Below the pieces are notes generated by a model, which saw only the letters and a program-made list of their open reading frames with translations, was not told the origin of the DNA and searched no databases. The position numbers and the translations under genes are program-made. Positions 9,288 to 19,106 of a stretch of 64,000 bases of DNA are shown piece by piece (the stretch's first letter is position 1; the number at the start of each line of letters is the position of its first letter). The stretch comes from an uncultured Actinomycetes bacterium (GTDB taxonomy: Bacteria > Actinomycetota > Thermoleophilia > Gaiellales > JAICJC01): NCBI GenBank assembly GCA_963757605.1, contig CAVWSF010000001.1, positions 537,531 through 601,530 on the forward strand, in the 5' to 3' direction.

Positions 9288-11391
9288 TCAGGGTGCCGGC
9301 GCGGGCGTGACGTACATGCGGTCGAGGTAGTCCTGCAGCATCCGCGTGGCGGTGAACTGCGGTGCGCAGCTCACGATCGCCTCCTTCACGAGCTCGCACC
9401 ACCGGTGCGGCACGCCGGCCTCGTCGCGGTCGTAGAAGAGCGGCACGGCCTCCTCCTCGAGGATCCTGTAGAGGCGCCCGGCGTCGGCCGGGTCGGCGGC
9501 CGCGGGGTCGGCCCCGGCGTCGCTCTCGATCCCCCAGCCGTTCTGGCCAGTGTAGGCCTCGGCCCACCAGCCGTCCAGGACGCTCAGCTGGAGCGCGCCG
9601 TTGAAGGCCGCCTTCATGCCGCTCGTCCCGCTGGCCTCGAGCGGCGGACGGGGCAGGTTGATCCAGACGTCGCAACCGGCGACGAGCTCGCGTGCGACGG
9701 CGAGGTCGTAGTCCTCCAGGAAGACCATCCGGCCGGGGCCGAGCTCGTGGCGGCACGCATACAGGCGCTGAAGCACGCGCTTTCCCTCCTCGTCGCGGGG
9801 ATGCGCTTTCCCGGCGACGAGGAGCTGACAGGGCCGGTCGCCGTTCAGGATCCGCCCCAGCCGGCCCGGGTCGGAGACGAGCAGGTCGAGCCGCTTGTAG
9901 GCCGCGAGGCGGCGGGCGAAGCCCAGCGTGAGCGCCTCGGGATCGAGCCCCGCCGCGGCCTTTGCGTAGTCGAGGTCCTCTCCCGGAGCAGCCGGTCGGA
10001 CACGGCCTTGCCGGCGGCGAACCGCACGAGCTTCCCCGAGCGGCGCAGCGGGCGGCCCACAGCTCCTCGTTGGGGATGGCCCGCACCCCCTCCCACGCCG
10101 AAGCGTCGGCCGGGGCGCGCCGCCAGCGCCCGTCGAGATGCCGGTCGAAGAGCTGCGCCAGCGGCTCGGCCAGGAACGTCCCGAGGTGGGCGCCGTTCGT
10201 GACGTGGTCGATCGCGGCGTCGGGAAACGAGGGCGCCCAGATGTCGCGGGCCGTCTCCCCGTGCAGGCGGCTGACCGCGTTTCGGCGGCCGGAGAGGCGC
10301 ATCGCGAGCGCCGACATGCCGGCCCCGCCGTCGGCCGAGGCGGCGAGGCGCGCCAGGTACCCGGCATCGACACCGAGGCCGGCCTCGAGGCTGGCGAACG
10401 CCCGCCGGAAGAGCTCTGAGGGGTAGGTCTCGTTGCCGGCCGCGAGCGGCGTGTGGGTCGTGAAGACCACCCGCTCCGGTGCCGCGCCGAGCACGATCGG
10501 GGCCAGCGCGGGATGGCCCTCGTTCAGGTGGATCACGGCCGGATCGATGCCGAGCGCCGCGAGCGTCTGCGCACCGCCGGCGCCGAGCAGGCCGTACTGG
10601 GCCAGACGAACCTCCGGGCTGCCCTCATAAAGCCGCCCGCTCGTCCACCGGGCGGCGGCGTCGTTCTCGGGGAGGCCCGCGTCGAGCAGGAGCAGCGGCA
10701 CGCGGCCGACGGCGGCCAGCCACACCTGGAACGCGACCTCGTTCCCGAGCAACGGGACGGACAGCTGCAGCGGCCGGCCGTCGTCGCCGACGACGAGCGC
10801 GAGCGGCAGCTCGGCCGGGTCGTGCTCGAGCCAGTACTCCTGCTGCCAGCCGGACGCGTCGACCCGCTGGCAGAAGTAGCCGCGCCGGTAGAGCAGGCCG
10901 ATGGCGACCATGGCCACGCCGCGATCGCTGGCCTCCTTCAAGATGTCGCCGGCCAGGACGCCCAGGCCCCCGGAGTACACCGGAAGCGAAACGTGGACGC
11001 CGTACTCGGCGCAGAAGAAGGCGATCGGGCCGTCCAGCCCCGGCGCCGGCGCCGCGGGCTCGCGCACGGCCTCGGCGACCTCCCCGGCCAGCCGGCCGAT
11101 GCGGTCGGCGAGGCTCACATCACGCTCGGCGTCGTCCTGGGTATGGCGAGGCAGGCCGGCCAGGAACCGCACCGGGTTCTGGCCCACGAGCGCCCAGCGC
11201 ACCGGGTCGACGGCGGCGAACACGTCGGCCCCGCCCGCGTGCCAGCTCCAGCGGTAGTTGTACGCCACGCCGGCCAGCGCGCGGAGCCCGGGGGCGAGCC
11301 GCCGCCCGAGCTCCTCGATGCGCTGACGCCGATCGCTTGGGATCGCCAGAGTCACGGTTCCGTCAGAGCTCGAGGTTGGTCTCGGGGTCAC
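9288..11391 (-). pseudogene. glgP: alpha-glucan (glycogen/maltodextrin) phosphorylase, two frameshifts
   Basis: The N-terminal two thirds carry YNYRWSWH, FFCAEYG, LPVYSGGLGVLAGD and HTPLAAGNE. A short middle piece (LRRSGKLVRFAAGKAVSDRLLRE) lies in a second frame. The C-terminal third (LTLGFARRLAAYKR...EASGTSGMKAAFNGALQLSVLDGWW, the PLP-Lys block) lies in a third frame. The shifts are near 10047 and 9985. An alternative start is GTG 11355. Confidence 0.85.
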
Positions 11392-12217
11392 CGCCTGTGC
11401 GGTTGTCTCGATTGACGCCGTCGAGCACCGCCATCTGGCCGGCGTCGAGCTCGAAGTCGAAGACGGCCAGGTTCTGGCGCAGCCGCGCCGGGTCGGCCGA
11501 CTTGGGGATGGGGATCGCGCCGAGCTGGACGTGCCAGCGGAGGATCACCTGCGCCGGGGTACGGCCGAGCGCCGCCGCGACCTCGGTGATGCCCGGATGG
11601 GCGAGCACGTCGGTGTCCGGGCCGAGCGGGCTGTAGGACTCGGTGACGATCGCGTGGGCCTCGTGCCACGCGTGCAGCCCGGCCTGCGAGAACTCGGGGT
11701 GCACCTCGATCTGGTTCACGACCGGGCGGACGCCGGTGGCCTCCGTGACCTCCTCGATCTGGGCGGGCGTGAAGTTGGAGACGCCGATCGAGTGCGCCTT
11801 GCCCTGGTCGCGCAGCTCGACGAACGCCTGCCATGTCTCGACGTACTTGCCGACCATGGGGAGCGGCCAGTGGATCAGGTAGAGGTCGACGTACTCCAGG
11901 CCCAGCCGATCCAGGCTCTCGTCGAGGCCCGCGAGCGCCTCGCGGTGACCGTGCTGCGCGCCCGGGAGCTTCGTCGTCACGAAGAGCTGCTCTCGCGGGA
12001 TGTCGGCGTCGCGGACCGCGCGTCCGACGCCCCGCTCGTTCCCGTAGTTCGTCGCCGTGTCGACGAGCCGGTAGCCGGCACGCAGCGCGTCGCCGACGAC
12101 GGCGTGCGCCCCGTCATCGTCGAGCGGCCACGTGCCCAGGCCGAGCACGGGCATCGCGTGCCCGTCGGCCAGCATGCGAGTCGGCACGGTCGTGGTCAGC
12201 TCGCTCATCGACACCAC
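11363..12217 (-). CDS. aldo/keto reductase (2,5-diketo-D-gluconate reductase-like)
   Basis: 284-aa ORF with AKR blocks LVDTATNYGNE, LIHWP, IGVSNF and IPKS. Confidence 0.85.
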   Translation of the reverse strand: MVSMSELTTTVPTRMLADGHAMPVLGLGTWPLDDDGAHAVVGDALRAGYRLVDTATNYGNERGVGRAVRDADIPREQLFVTTKLPGAQHGHREALAGLDESLDRLGLEYVDLYLIHWPLPMVGKYVETWQAFVELRDQGKAHSIGVSNFTPAQIEEVTEATGVRPVVNQIEVHPEFSQAGLHAWHEAHAIVTESYSPLGPDTDVLAHPGITEVAAALGRTPAQVILRWHVQLGAIPIPKSADPARLRQNLAVFDFELDAGQMAVLDGVNRDNRTGGDPETNLEL

Positions 12218-12623
12218 CTTACCCCGCTATCCTCCGCCGATCGCGGAGCAGACGCTCACCAAGCTCGGGAACCCCGACGCGCGCGCCGACCGGCGGCTCG
12301 AGACGTTCGAGACCGCCGACACCACGCTCGAGGTCGTCCTGCACTGCCGCGAATTCACCTGCCGCTGCCCGATCACGGGCCAGCCCGACTGGGCCGAGAT
12401 CACCATCTCGTACCGGCCGAAGGCTCGGATCGTCGAGAGCAAGAGCGTGAAGCTCTACATGGAGACCTTCCGCGAGGAGGGCATCTTCCACGAGCACCTG
12501 GCGACGACCATCCGCGATGACTTCGTCGCCGCGCTCGACCCGCAATCGCTCGACGTGACGGTGATGTTCAGCCAGCGGGGCGACATCGCGATCGACGCCA
12601 CCAGCTCCTACGTGGCGTCCTAG
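12192..12623 (+). CDS. queF: NADPH-dependent 7-cyano-7-deazaguanine (preQ0) reductase, unimodular type
   Basis: CPITGQPDWAEITISY (catalytic Cys block) and ESKSVKLYMETFR motif. The start is uncertain: GTG 12192 is chosen, which overlaps the AKR start head to head. Confidence 0.75.
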   Translation: MVSSLIDTTLPRYPPPIAEQTLTKLGNPDARADRRLETFETADTTLEVVLHCREFTCRCPITGQPDWAEITISYRPKARIVESKSVKLYMETFREEGIFHEHLATTIRDDFVAALDPQSLDVTVMFSQRGDIAIDATSSYVAS

Positions 12624-13135
12624 ACCGCCGCCGGCGCGAGCCGCGGAAACCGCCGCCGCGCGAGCGAGAGGACGACGACCGCGAGCAGCGTCATCCACAG
12701 CTTCCCGACCACCTGGCCGCGCAGCAGGTCGAGCGAGTGAAACGCGATGGTCAGGAAGACGATCGAGTCGACCACCGCGCCGACGACGTTCGACGCCGCC
12801 ACGGCCGCGAGCCAGCGCCGCTCGGCGAGCGGCGTGTAGACGGCGAAGTCGGCCGTCTCCGAGATGAGGAACGCGACGGCGCTTGCGATCGCGAAGCTGC
12901 TCGAGACGGCCCATGACGCCGCGGCGCCCGCCAGGATCGCGGCCACCACCCAGCGGCGGCCAAGCAGGTTCTGGGTCAGGTCGCGAAGTGTGAACGCGAG
13001 CCCGGCGAAGTACACGCCCGCCGGCGCGACCAGGCCCGGCGCGACGGTCACGAAGCCGTAGCGGGTGATCGCCCAGTTGGCGGCGAAGATCGTGCCGACG
13101 TAGAGGGCGAGGCAGACGAGCCCGGCGAGGCGCAT
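12620..13135 (-). CDS. VUT/YhhQ-family (queuosine-precursor type) transporter
   Basis: ATG 13135 is preceded by GAGGA. About 6 TM helices with DUF165-like blocks FLISETADFAVYTPL and VDSIVF. Convergent with queF, with a 4-nt 3' overlap. Confidence 0.75.
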   Translation of the reverse strand: MRLAGLVCLALYVGTIFAANWAITRYGFVTVAPGLVAPAGVYFAGLAFTLRDLTQNLLGRRWVVAAILAGAAASWAVSSSFAIASAVAFLISETADFAVYTPLAERRWLAAVAASNVVGAVVDSIVFLTIAFHSLDLLRGQVVGKLWMTLLAVVVLSLARRRFPRLAPAAV

Positions 13136-13209
13136 GCGCGCATCCTCGCGTGAATCGCCGGAGGCCGACGCGGCAACCGTCACCGAGCCGGCGTGACATC
13201 CTTTCGCGC

Positions 13210-14313
13210 ATGACGAGACCGTTCACCGCGGCGGACTTCACTGAGCGCATGACCCGCGCCGCCGCGCAGGCATCCGCCGCGGGGCTGAGCGGCGTCCTTG
13301 TGACGCCCGGCCCCGACCTGCTCTACCTCGCCGGGTACGCGCCGATCTCGATCACCGAGCGGATCACGATGCTCGCGATCCACGCGTCGCGGCCGCCGGC
13401 GATGATCGTGCCGGCCCTCGAGCGCCCCGGAGCCGAGTCGGCGCCCGTCGCCCTTCGCGACTGGGCCGACGGCGACGACGCCTACGCGGCTGCGGCCCGG
13501 ATGCTCGACCCGGACGGGGCCTACGCGATCTCCGACTCGGCCTGGGCCATGCACGTCCTCGGGTTGCAGCGGGCGCTTCCCGAATCCCGGTACGTCTCGA
13601 TGACGGACGCGCTGCCGACCCTGCGCGCGGTGAAGGACGCCGAGGAGCTCGAGCGCATGGCGGCCGCCGGGGCGGCGGCCGACGCCGTCTTCGAGGAGAT
13701 CGCGACAAGCCGCTTCTCGGGCCGGACCGAGGCCGAGATCGCCGCCGATCTGGCGCGCCTTCTCATCGCGCAGGGACACGAGAGCGCCGAGTTCACCATC
13801 GTCGCCTCCGGCCCGAACGGCGCGAACCCCCACCACGAGGAGAGCGACCGCGTCGTCCAGGAGGGCGACATGGTCGTCCTGGACTTCGGCGGCACGAAGG
13901 ACGGCTACGGGTCGGATACGACCCGCACGGTCCACGTCGGCGAGCCGACCGAGGAGGAGGCGGAGGTGTACGAGGTCGTCCGCCGCGCCCAGCAGGCCGC
14001 CTTCGAGGCGGTGCGCCCCGGCGCCGCCTGCCAGGACGTCGACCGCGCCGCCCGCGGGGTGATCGCCGGCGCCGGGTACGGCGAGCGGTTCATCCACCGC
14101 ACCGGCCACGGCATCGGCCTCACGGCCCACGAGCCGCCGTACATGATCGAGGGCGAGATCCGTACGATCGAGCCCGGCATGTGCTTCTCGATCGAGCCCG
14201 GGATCTACCTGCCGGGACGGTTCGGCGTGCGGATCGAGGACATCGTCGTCGCGACCGCAGACGGCGGCCGGCGGCTGAACGACACGAGCCGCGAGCTTCG
14301 GGTCGTGAGCTGA
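13210..14313 (+). CDS. M24-family Xaa-Pro peptidase
   Basis: 367 aa. Pita-bread metal-ligand blocks VVLDFGG..GYGSDTTRT, HRTGHGIGL..HEPP, SIEPGIY and RIED. Confidence 0.85.
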   Translation: MTRPFTAADFTERMTRAAAQASAAGLSGVLVTPGPDLLYLAGYAPISITERITMLAIHASRPPAMIVPALERPGAESAPVALRDWADGDDAYAAAARMLDPDGAYAISDSAWAMHVLGLQRALPESRYVSMTDALPTLRAVKDAEELERMAAAGAAADAVFEEIATSRFSGRTEAEIAADLARLLIAQGHESAEFTIVASGPNGANPHHEESDRVVQEGDMVVLDFGGTKDGYGSDTTRTVHVGEPTEEEAEVYEVVRRAQQAAFEAVRPGAACQDVDRAARGVIAGAGYGERFIHRTGHGIGLTAHEPPYMIEGEIRTIEPGMCFSIEPGIYLPGRFGVRIEDIVVATADGGRRLNDTSRELRVVS

Positions 14314-14314
14314 G

Positions 14315-14704
14315 CTACCCGGAGTGGCGCGTGTCGCGCCCGATCGTCAGGCCGTAGATCACGAGGCCATTCAGGATCAGCGCCAGGAACGCGCCGAACG
14401 GCGACGCGAACAGGAAGAAGAACCAGATCACGGCTGCGATCACCGCCGCTGCCACGCCGAGCAGGTTCCCCGCGTCGTTTCGGGCGAAGACCAGGTATCC
14501 GGCCAGAAGCTGGATGATCCCGAAGACGAGGATGATCCAGCCCCAGGTGCTGAGGCTCGAGAACAGCATCTCGTTCACGTAGTACTTGCTCTTGTGGATG
14601 GCCGTGATGCCGTTGATCAGGTTGAAGGCTCCGGCCATCACCAGCCAGACCGCCGCGAACATCGTCCAGCCGGTCAACTCGTCACGTCGTGCTCGGGTCG
14701 TCAT
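14315..14704 (-). CDS. DUF7144-type small membrane protein (paralog of 8297-8692)
   Basis: ATG 14704. Four TM helices with the shared GW..F and [16 protein letters not shown] pattern. Confidence 0.65.
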   Translation of the reverse strand: MTTRARRDELTGWTMFAAVWLVMAGAFNLINGITAIHKSKYYVNEMLFSSLSTWGWIILVFGIIQLLAGYLVFARNDAGNLLGVAAAVIAAVIWFFFLFASPFGAFLALILNGLVIYGLTIGRDTRHSG

Positions 14705-15110
14705 GTCGTCGCAGTCCTTTCGTCGGAGCCGCGAGCGTAGATCCGCGTCCGGCGGTGCCCATACCGCCAAATGGACGATCCTGGGAGCAGGCACGGATGG
14801 ACATCGCGTAGAAGTCCGCGATGCGTTTCCGCGCCCGGCCGGATGTACCCGGGCCGCGCGCGGCCGATCATCTTGGGTGCCCGCTGATTCGCGGTTCGAC
14901 GCCGGCATGACCCGGCGCTCCGGGGTTCGACTCCCCGGCGGCGGCCATTTGACGATCAGGCGGCCGCCGCATCGGGGCGCACACGGATCCTGGGGCCGGG
15001 ATTTCGCGTACCCGGCATCGGCCTTCTCCCCGATGCGCCGGCGCTGCGGCCGTGATGAGGTTCATGTGCGGCCGTGCGTTTCGCGGTCACGCAAGGCAGA
15101 GGAGGTTTCG

Positions 15111-16652
15111 ATGGCCACCATCGAATATCCGGCCACCTACGCCGTCCCCGGAAGCCTCGACAGCATCGTCGAGGTCTTGCCGCGGTACGACAACTTCATC
15201 GGCGGGCGCTGGGTCGCCCCGGTGAAGGGTGGGTACAAGGCGAACCTGACGCCGGTCACGGGGAAGCCGTTCACGGAGATCCCCATGTCGACGCCGGAGG
15301 ACGTCGAGCTGGCGCTCGACGCCGCCCATGCCGCACGCGTGGCATGGGGTGAGGCCTCGACGACGGAGCGATCGCGCGTTTTGAACCGCATCGCCGACGC
15401 CATCGAGGAGCACAAGACGATCCTGGCGATCGCCGAGAGCTGGGACAACGGCAAGCCGGTGCGCGAGACGCTCGCCGCCGACATCCCGCTCGCAGCCGAT
15501 CACTTCCGCTACTTCGCGTCGGTCATCCGCGCGGAGGAGGGGACGATCTCGGAGATCGACAAGAACACGATCGCCTACCACTTCCATGAGCCGCTCGGCG
15601 TCGTCGGGCAGATCATCCCGTTCAACTTCCCGCTGCTGATGGCGGCGTGGAAGCTGGCCCCGGCTCTGGCGGCGGGCAACTGCTCGGTGCTGAAGCCGGC
15701 GAGCCCGACGCCGTGGTCGATCCTGAAGCTCGCAGAGCTGATCCAGGACATCGTCCCGCCAGGCGTGCTGAACATCGTGAACGGCCCGGGCGCGGAGATC
15801 GGAAAGGCGCTTGCCACCAGCAAGCGCATCGCCAAGATCGCGTTCACCGGCGAGACCGTCACCGGCCGGCTGATCATGCAGTACGCGGCCCAGAACATCA
15901 TCCCGTCGACGACCGAGCTGGGCGGCAAGTCGCCCAACATCTTCTTCGCCGACGTGATGGCCGAGGACGACGCGTTCTTCGACAAGGCAATCGAGGGGCT
16001 CGTGCTCTACGCCTTCAACAAGGGCGAGGTGTGCACGTGCCCATCGCGGGCGATCGTCGACGAAGCGATCTATGACGAGTTCATGGATCGGTGCCTCGCC
16101 CGGATCGCGACGATCCGCCAGGGCAACCCGCTCGATCCGAGCACGCAGATCGGCGCGCAGGTGTCGACGGCGCAGCTCGAGAAGATCGAGGGCTACGTCG
16201 ACATCGGCGTCAAGGAGGGCGCCGAGGTGCTGATCGGCGGCAACCGCAACATCCTCGAAGGCGACCTGGCCGAGGGCTACTACTTCGAGCCGACCGTCCT
16301 CAAGGGGCACAACAAGATGCGCGTGTTCCAGGAGGAGATCTTCGGCCCGGTGCTCGCGGTCACGACCTTCAAGGACGAGGCCGAGGCGCTCGAGATCGCA
16401 AACGACACGCCCTACGGCCTCGGCGCCGGCGTGTGGACACGCGACACCGCCCGGGCCTACCGGATGGGTCGCGCGATCCAGGCCGGCCGTGTGTGGACGA
16501 ACTGCTATCACGTGTATCCGGCCCATGCCGCGTTCGGGGGCTACAAGATCTCCGGCGTCGGCAGGGAGACGCACAAGATGATGCTCGACCACTACACGCA
16601 GACCAAGTGCATGCTGGTCAGCTACGACCCCAACCCCCTCGGGCTCTTCTGA
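15111..16652 (+). CDS. NAD-dependent aldehyde dehydrogenase (AcoD-like)
   Basis: ATG 15111 has AGAGGAGG just upstream. ALDH blocks [23 protein letters not shown] (catalytic Cys) and [10 protein letters not shown]. Confidence 0.9.
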   Translation: MATIEYPATYAVPGSLDSIVEVLPRYDNFIGGRWVAPVKGGYKANLTPVTGKPFTEIPMSTPEDVELALDAAHAARVAWGEASTTERSRVLNRIADAIEEHKTILAIAESWDNGKPVRETLAADIPLAADHFRYFASVIRAEEGTISEIDKNTIAYHFHEPLGVVGQIIPFNFPLLMAAWKLAPALAAGNCSVLKPASPTPWSILKLAELIQDIVPPGVLNIVNGPGAEIGKALATSKRIAKIAFTGETVTGRLIMQYAAQNIIPSTTELGGKSPNIFFADVMAEDDAFFDKAIEGLVLYAFNKGEVCTCPSRAIVDEAIYDEFMDRCLARIATIRQGNPLDPSTQIGAQVSTAQLEKIEGYVDIGVKEGAEVLIGGNRNILEGDLAEGYYFEPTVLKGHNKMRVFQEEIFGPVLAVTTFKDEAEALEIANDTPYGLGAGVWTRDTARAYRMGRAIQAGRVWTNCYHVYPAHAAFGGYKISGVGRETHKMMLDHYTQTKCMLVSYDPNPLGLF

Positions 16653-16662
16653 GAGGCATGGG

Positions 16663-16998
16663 ATGTGCACGCGAGTGAGCGCCACCGATGCGGCCCGCGG
16701 GGCCATCGAGGCGCTCACCCGCGCGCACGGCAGGCTGATGTTCTTCCAGTCGGGGGGCTGCTGTGACGGCAGCTCCCCGATTTGCCTCGCCGAGGGCGAG
16801 CTGCCACTGTCGCCCCACGACCTGAAGCTCGGCGAGGTGGGCGGCGCGGGCTTCTACATCGACGAGGAGCTGTACGAGCGCTGGAACCGGCCGTCGTTCG
16901 TGCTCGACGTGTCGCCTGGCGCGCCGGAGGGGTTCTCGCTCGGCGCCGGCGACACGCACTTCGTCAGCCGGCCGGCCGCCGGGGGCGGACCGGACTAG
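16663..16998 (+). CDS. DUF779 domain protein
   Basis: 111 aa with an FFQSGGCCDGS block. Begins 10 nt after the aldehyde dehydrogenase, the usual partner of this family. Confidence 0.8.
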   Translation: MCTRVSATDAARGAIEALTRAHGRLMFFQSGGCCDGSSPICLAEGELPLSPHDLKLGEVGGAGFYIDEELYERWNRPSFVLDVSPGAPEGFSLGAGDTHFVSRPAAGGGPD

Positions 16999-17204
16999 GC
17001 GTCGGTCGCGATCATCACGTCAGATGCCTTGATGATCGCCGTGGCGGTGCTGCCTTCCTTCAGGCCCAGCTCGTCGACGGCCTCGACGGTGATCGACGAG
17101 ACGATGCGCTGGCCCCCGACGTCGAGCGAGACGTTGGCGATGGCCTCGCCGCGGTTGATCGACGTGACGGTGCCGGTGAGGCGGTTTCTGGCGCTGAGCT
17201 TCAT
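16995..17204 (-). CDS. Mop/TOBE-domain molybdate-binding protein (molbindin)
   Basis: 69-aa MKLSARNRLTG.V......A.V.......I...IT TOBE pattern. GGAGGA lies upstream of the ATG. Confidence 0.8.
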   Translation of the reverse strand: MKLSARNRLTGTVTSINRGEAIANVSLDVGGQRIVSSITVEAVDELGLKEGSTATAIIKASDVMIATDA

Positions 17205-17329
17205 GGGATGTCCTCCTTGTGCGATGACCTGAGCAAGCCTCGAACCCTAGTGGCGCTCTGCCTGGCGACCCGCGGCGGGCTGCCCAAGCATCGTCGCTCC
17301 CACTGACGGCCCGACCGTGGCGCGCGGGG

Positions 17330-17362
17330 ACGGTGTCACGTCGGTGTGACGGGCGTGTCACG
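17330..17362. repeat. three tandem 11-bp direct repeats (ACGGTGTCACG / TCGGTGTGACG / GGCGTGTCACG)
   Basis: Read directly. The GTGTCACG core recurs with a helical-turn period of 11 bp in the mop/membrane-protein divergent region. Confidence 0.5.
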
Positions 17363-17364
17363 CG

Positions 17365-17400
17365 GACGGTCTGGATCAACTCCGGTCAGAACAGACCGTC
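17365..17400. promoter_or_regulatory. 9-bp perfect inverted repeat GACGGTCTG-N18-CAGACCGTC
   Basis: 17365-17373 pairs with 17392-17400, immediately after the 11-bp repeats and about 70 nt before the GTG at 17468. Confidence 0.4.
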
Positions 17401-17467
17401 TCGAACGACATCAGCTCACAACAGATCCCCGCGGAGGCGACCGTGGTTCCGCGTCATAATTGTCCCT

Positions 17468-18253
17468 GTGACCCAGCAAAGGGGCCAGAACGTGAGTCGC
17501 GCCGAAAGCGCGAGTCCATGGGATCGCTCAGCGGTGCTGCTCGTTGCTGCGCGAGTGCTTGCGCCTGCCGTGATCCTCACGGTGTTCGGGTTGCTTGTCG
17601 CCGGGGTCATTCCCGTTTCCCCCTGGACGTGGGTTGCGACGGGCGTGCTCTTCGCAGCGGTGGTTGCCGTAGTCAACCTCGGAGCATGGGACACCGCGGG
17701 CGTGCCCAGGAGGGTGTTCGCCGCGTTGTCGTTCATGCTCGTCTTGGTGGTCTACTACTACCTCCTCAGCCGGTGGCTCGCGACCCAGGATGACTGGGGG
17801 CTTGCCGTGTTCATGGCGTTCCTTCTGGCCGGCGCCGTGGCGCTCGGGATCGGGCTGGGCATGCCGAGGGTTCGACGGAGCTGGCTGGGACAGCCGGGCG
17901 AGGACAACGACCCGCGGACCGGGGTGCTCGGGCCGTTCGCGTGGCTCGCCGTGCTGATCGCGATCATGACCTCCGTGTTCGCTTCGGTCACGCTGTTCGC
18001 AGCCGAGAAGGATCTCATCAGTCTCACCGCCGCCGGCGTTGACCTGCCGTCGTTCGAGCAGATCGCGCAACTGTACGTCTGGCAGTTCTGCAAGTCCGTC
18101 CCGCTCCTGGACATCACCCAGACCCTCCGCTGGAAGGTTCCGTTCCTCTACCCCGACGCGGGAACAGGGACTCTCGTCTTGCTCTACAAGCTCGCCGTGA
18201 TCATCCCGCTCATCGGAGCCTTCCTCGCGTACTGGAAACAGCAGACCGATTAG
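17468..18253 (+). CDS. hypothetical polytopic membrane protein
   Basis: Hydrophobic 261-aa ORF (GTG 17468, alternative GTG 17492). CATAAT at 17455-17460 sits 7 nt upstream, so the transcript may be leaderless. GC is lower than in the neighbours. No motif recognised. Confidence 0.55.
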   Translation: MTQQRGQNVSRAESASPWDRSAVLLVAARVLAPAVILTVFGLLVAGVIPVSPWTWVATGVLFAAVVAVVNLGAWDTAGVPRRVFAALSFMLVLVVYYYLLSRWLATQDDWGLAVFMAFLLAGAVALGIGLGMPRVRRSWLGQPGEDNDPRTGVLGPFAWLAVLIAIMTSVFASVTLFAAEKDLISLTAAGVDLPSFEQIAQLYVWQFCKSVPLLDITQTLRWKVPFLYPDAGTGTLVLLYKLAVIIPLIGAFLAYWKQQTD

Positions 18254-18648
18254 GAACGCGCAGCGGGGTGGGTTTGCCAAGAAGGGGTGGGGAGATGAGC
18301 GTGCTGATGGCCGTGCGGGTTCCCGGAGACACGGCTAAGTTCCAGCGCGTCGTACCTACGTCTAGCCACGCACCGGCTCTCCGTCGCGAATTTCAAAGCC
18401 TCTTCCCGAACGGGATGCATCCGAGTCCTCCCTCGCTGTAGGTCCTGGCAGACCACGGCCTCCAGGGAGGCTCGGATGTACCCAGCTACCCGCTCACAAC
18501 GTCCGTAAGGCACATCAGTAGAGCCCGACGACTGCGGACGGCGCCGAGCGCTGCGCCGAGACTAGCGACCCGCAGTTCGGGTGTCTACCGGCGTCGAGAA
18601 CTCCACTGCCGTGTCTCGCCCCTGTCAGGCGTCAGGGACTGTGCCCGT

Positions 18649-19083
18649 TCACCGCCGCGCGTCACCGCTCTCCGCGATCCGGGCCAGGAGCACGGCGGCG
18701 TCGGCCAGCGCGCGCTGCTCCTTCGGCGACAGGTCTCCCCGGATGGCGTCCGCCAGCCAGCCCTCCCGGCGGCGGCGGTCGACGGCGAGCGCCTCCCGGC
18801 CAGCGGGCGTGAGCGCGATCAGCACGCGGCGGCGATCGCCGGGGTCGGGAGCCCGCGAGACGAGGCCGGCGGTGAGGAGCGCCGCCACCGTGCTCGCCAT
18901 CGACTGCGGCCGCACCCGCTCGCCGGCCGCCAGGTCGCTCACTCCGCGGGGGCCGACACGGTCGAGCCGCCCCAACACCGTCACCTGTGCGAGCGTGAGG
19001 TCGCGGCGCTCGGCCCGCAGGCGGCGGACGAGCTGGCCGATCACGACCCGCAGGTCGCTTGCGAGGGCCTCGGGCTCCGTCAC
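18649..19083 (-). CDS. MarR family transcriptional regulator
   Basis: 144 aa with winged-HTH blocks LTLAQVTVLGRL...GVSDLA and DPGDRRRVLIALTPAG. Divergent from the MFS gene. Confidence 0.85.
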   Translation of the reverse strand: MTEPEALASDLRVVIGQLVRRLRAERRDLTLAQVTVLGRLDRVGPRGVSDLAAGERVRPQSMASTVAALLTAGLVSRAPDPGDRRRVLIALTPAGREALAVDRRRREGWLADAIRGDLSPKEQRALADAAVLLARIAESGDARR

Positions 19084-19106
19084 GATGTGCAGCCTACCTT
19101 AACAGT

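Noticed and set aside
13136-13209. Possible preQ1 riboswitch upstream of the YhhQ-type transporter
   Set aside because: No A-rich tail and no small hairpin/pseudoknot pattern. The region is GC-rich with only an SD sequence.
14921-14947. tRNA T-arm-like sequence CGGGG-TTCGACT-CCCCG followed by GCGGCGG-CCA in the 400-bp region upstream of the aldehyde dehydrogenase
   Set aside because: I could not build the matching 5' acceptor strand, D-arm or anticodon arm in the preceding 60 nt, so it is not a tRNA. At most it is a fragment, and more likely chance in GC-rich DNA. A tRNAscan or Infernal run would settle it.
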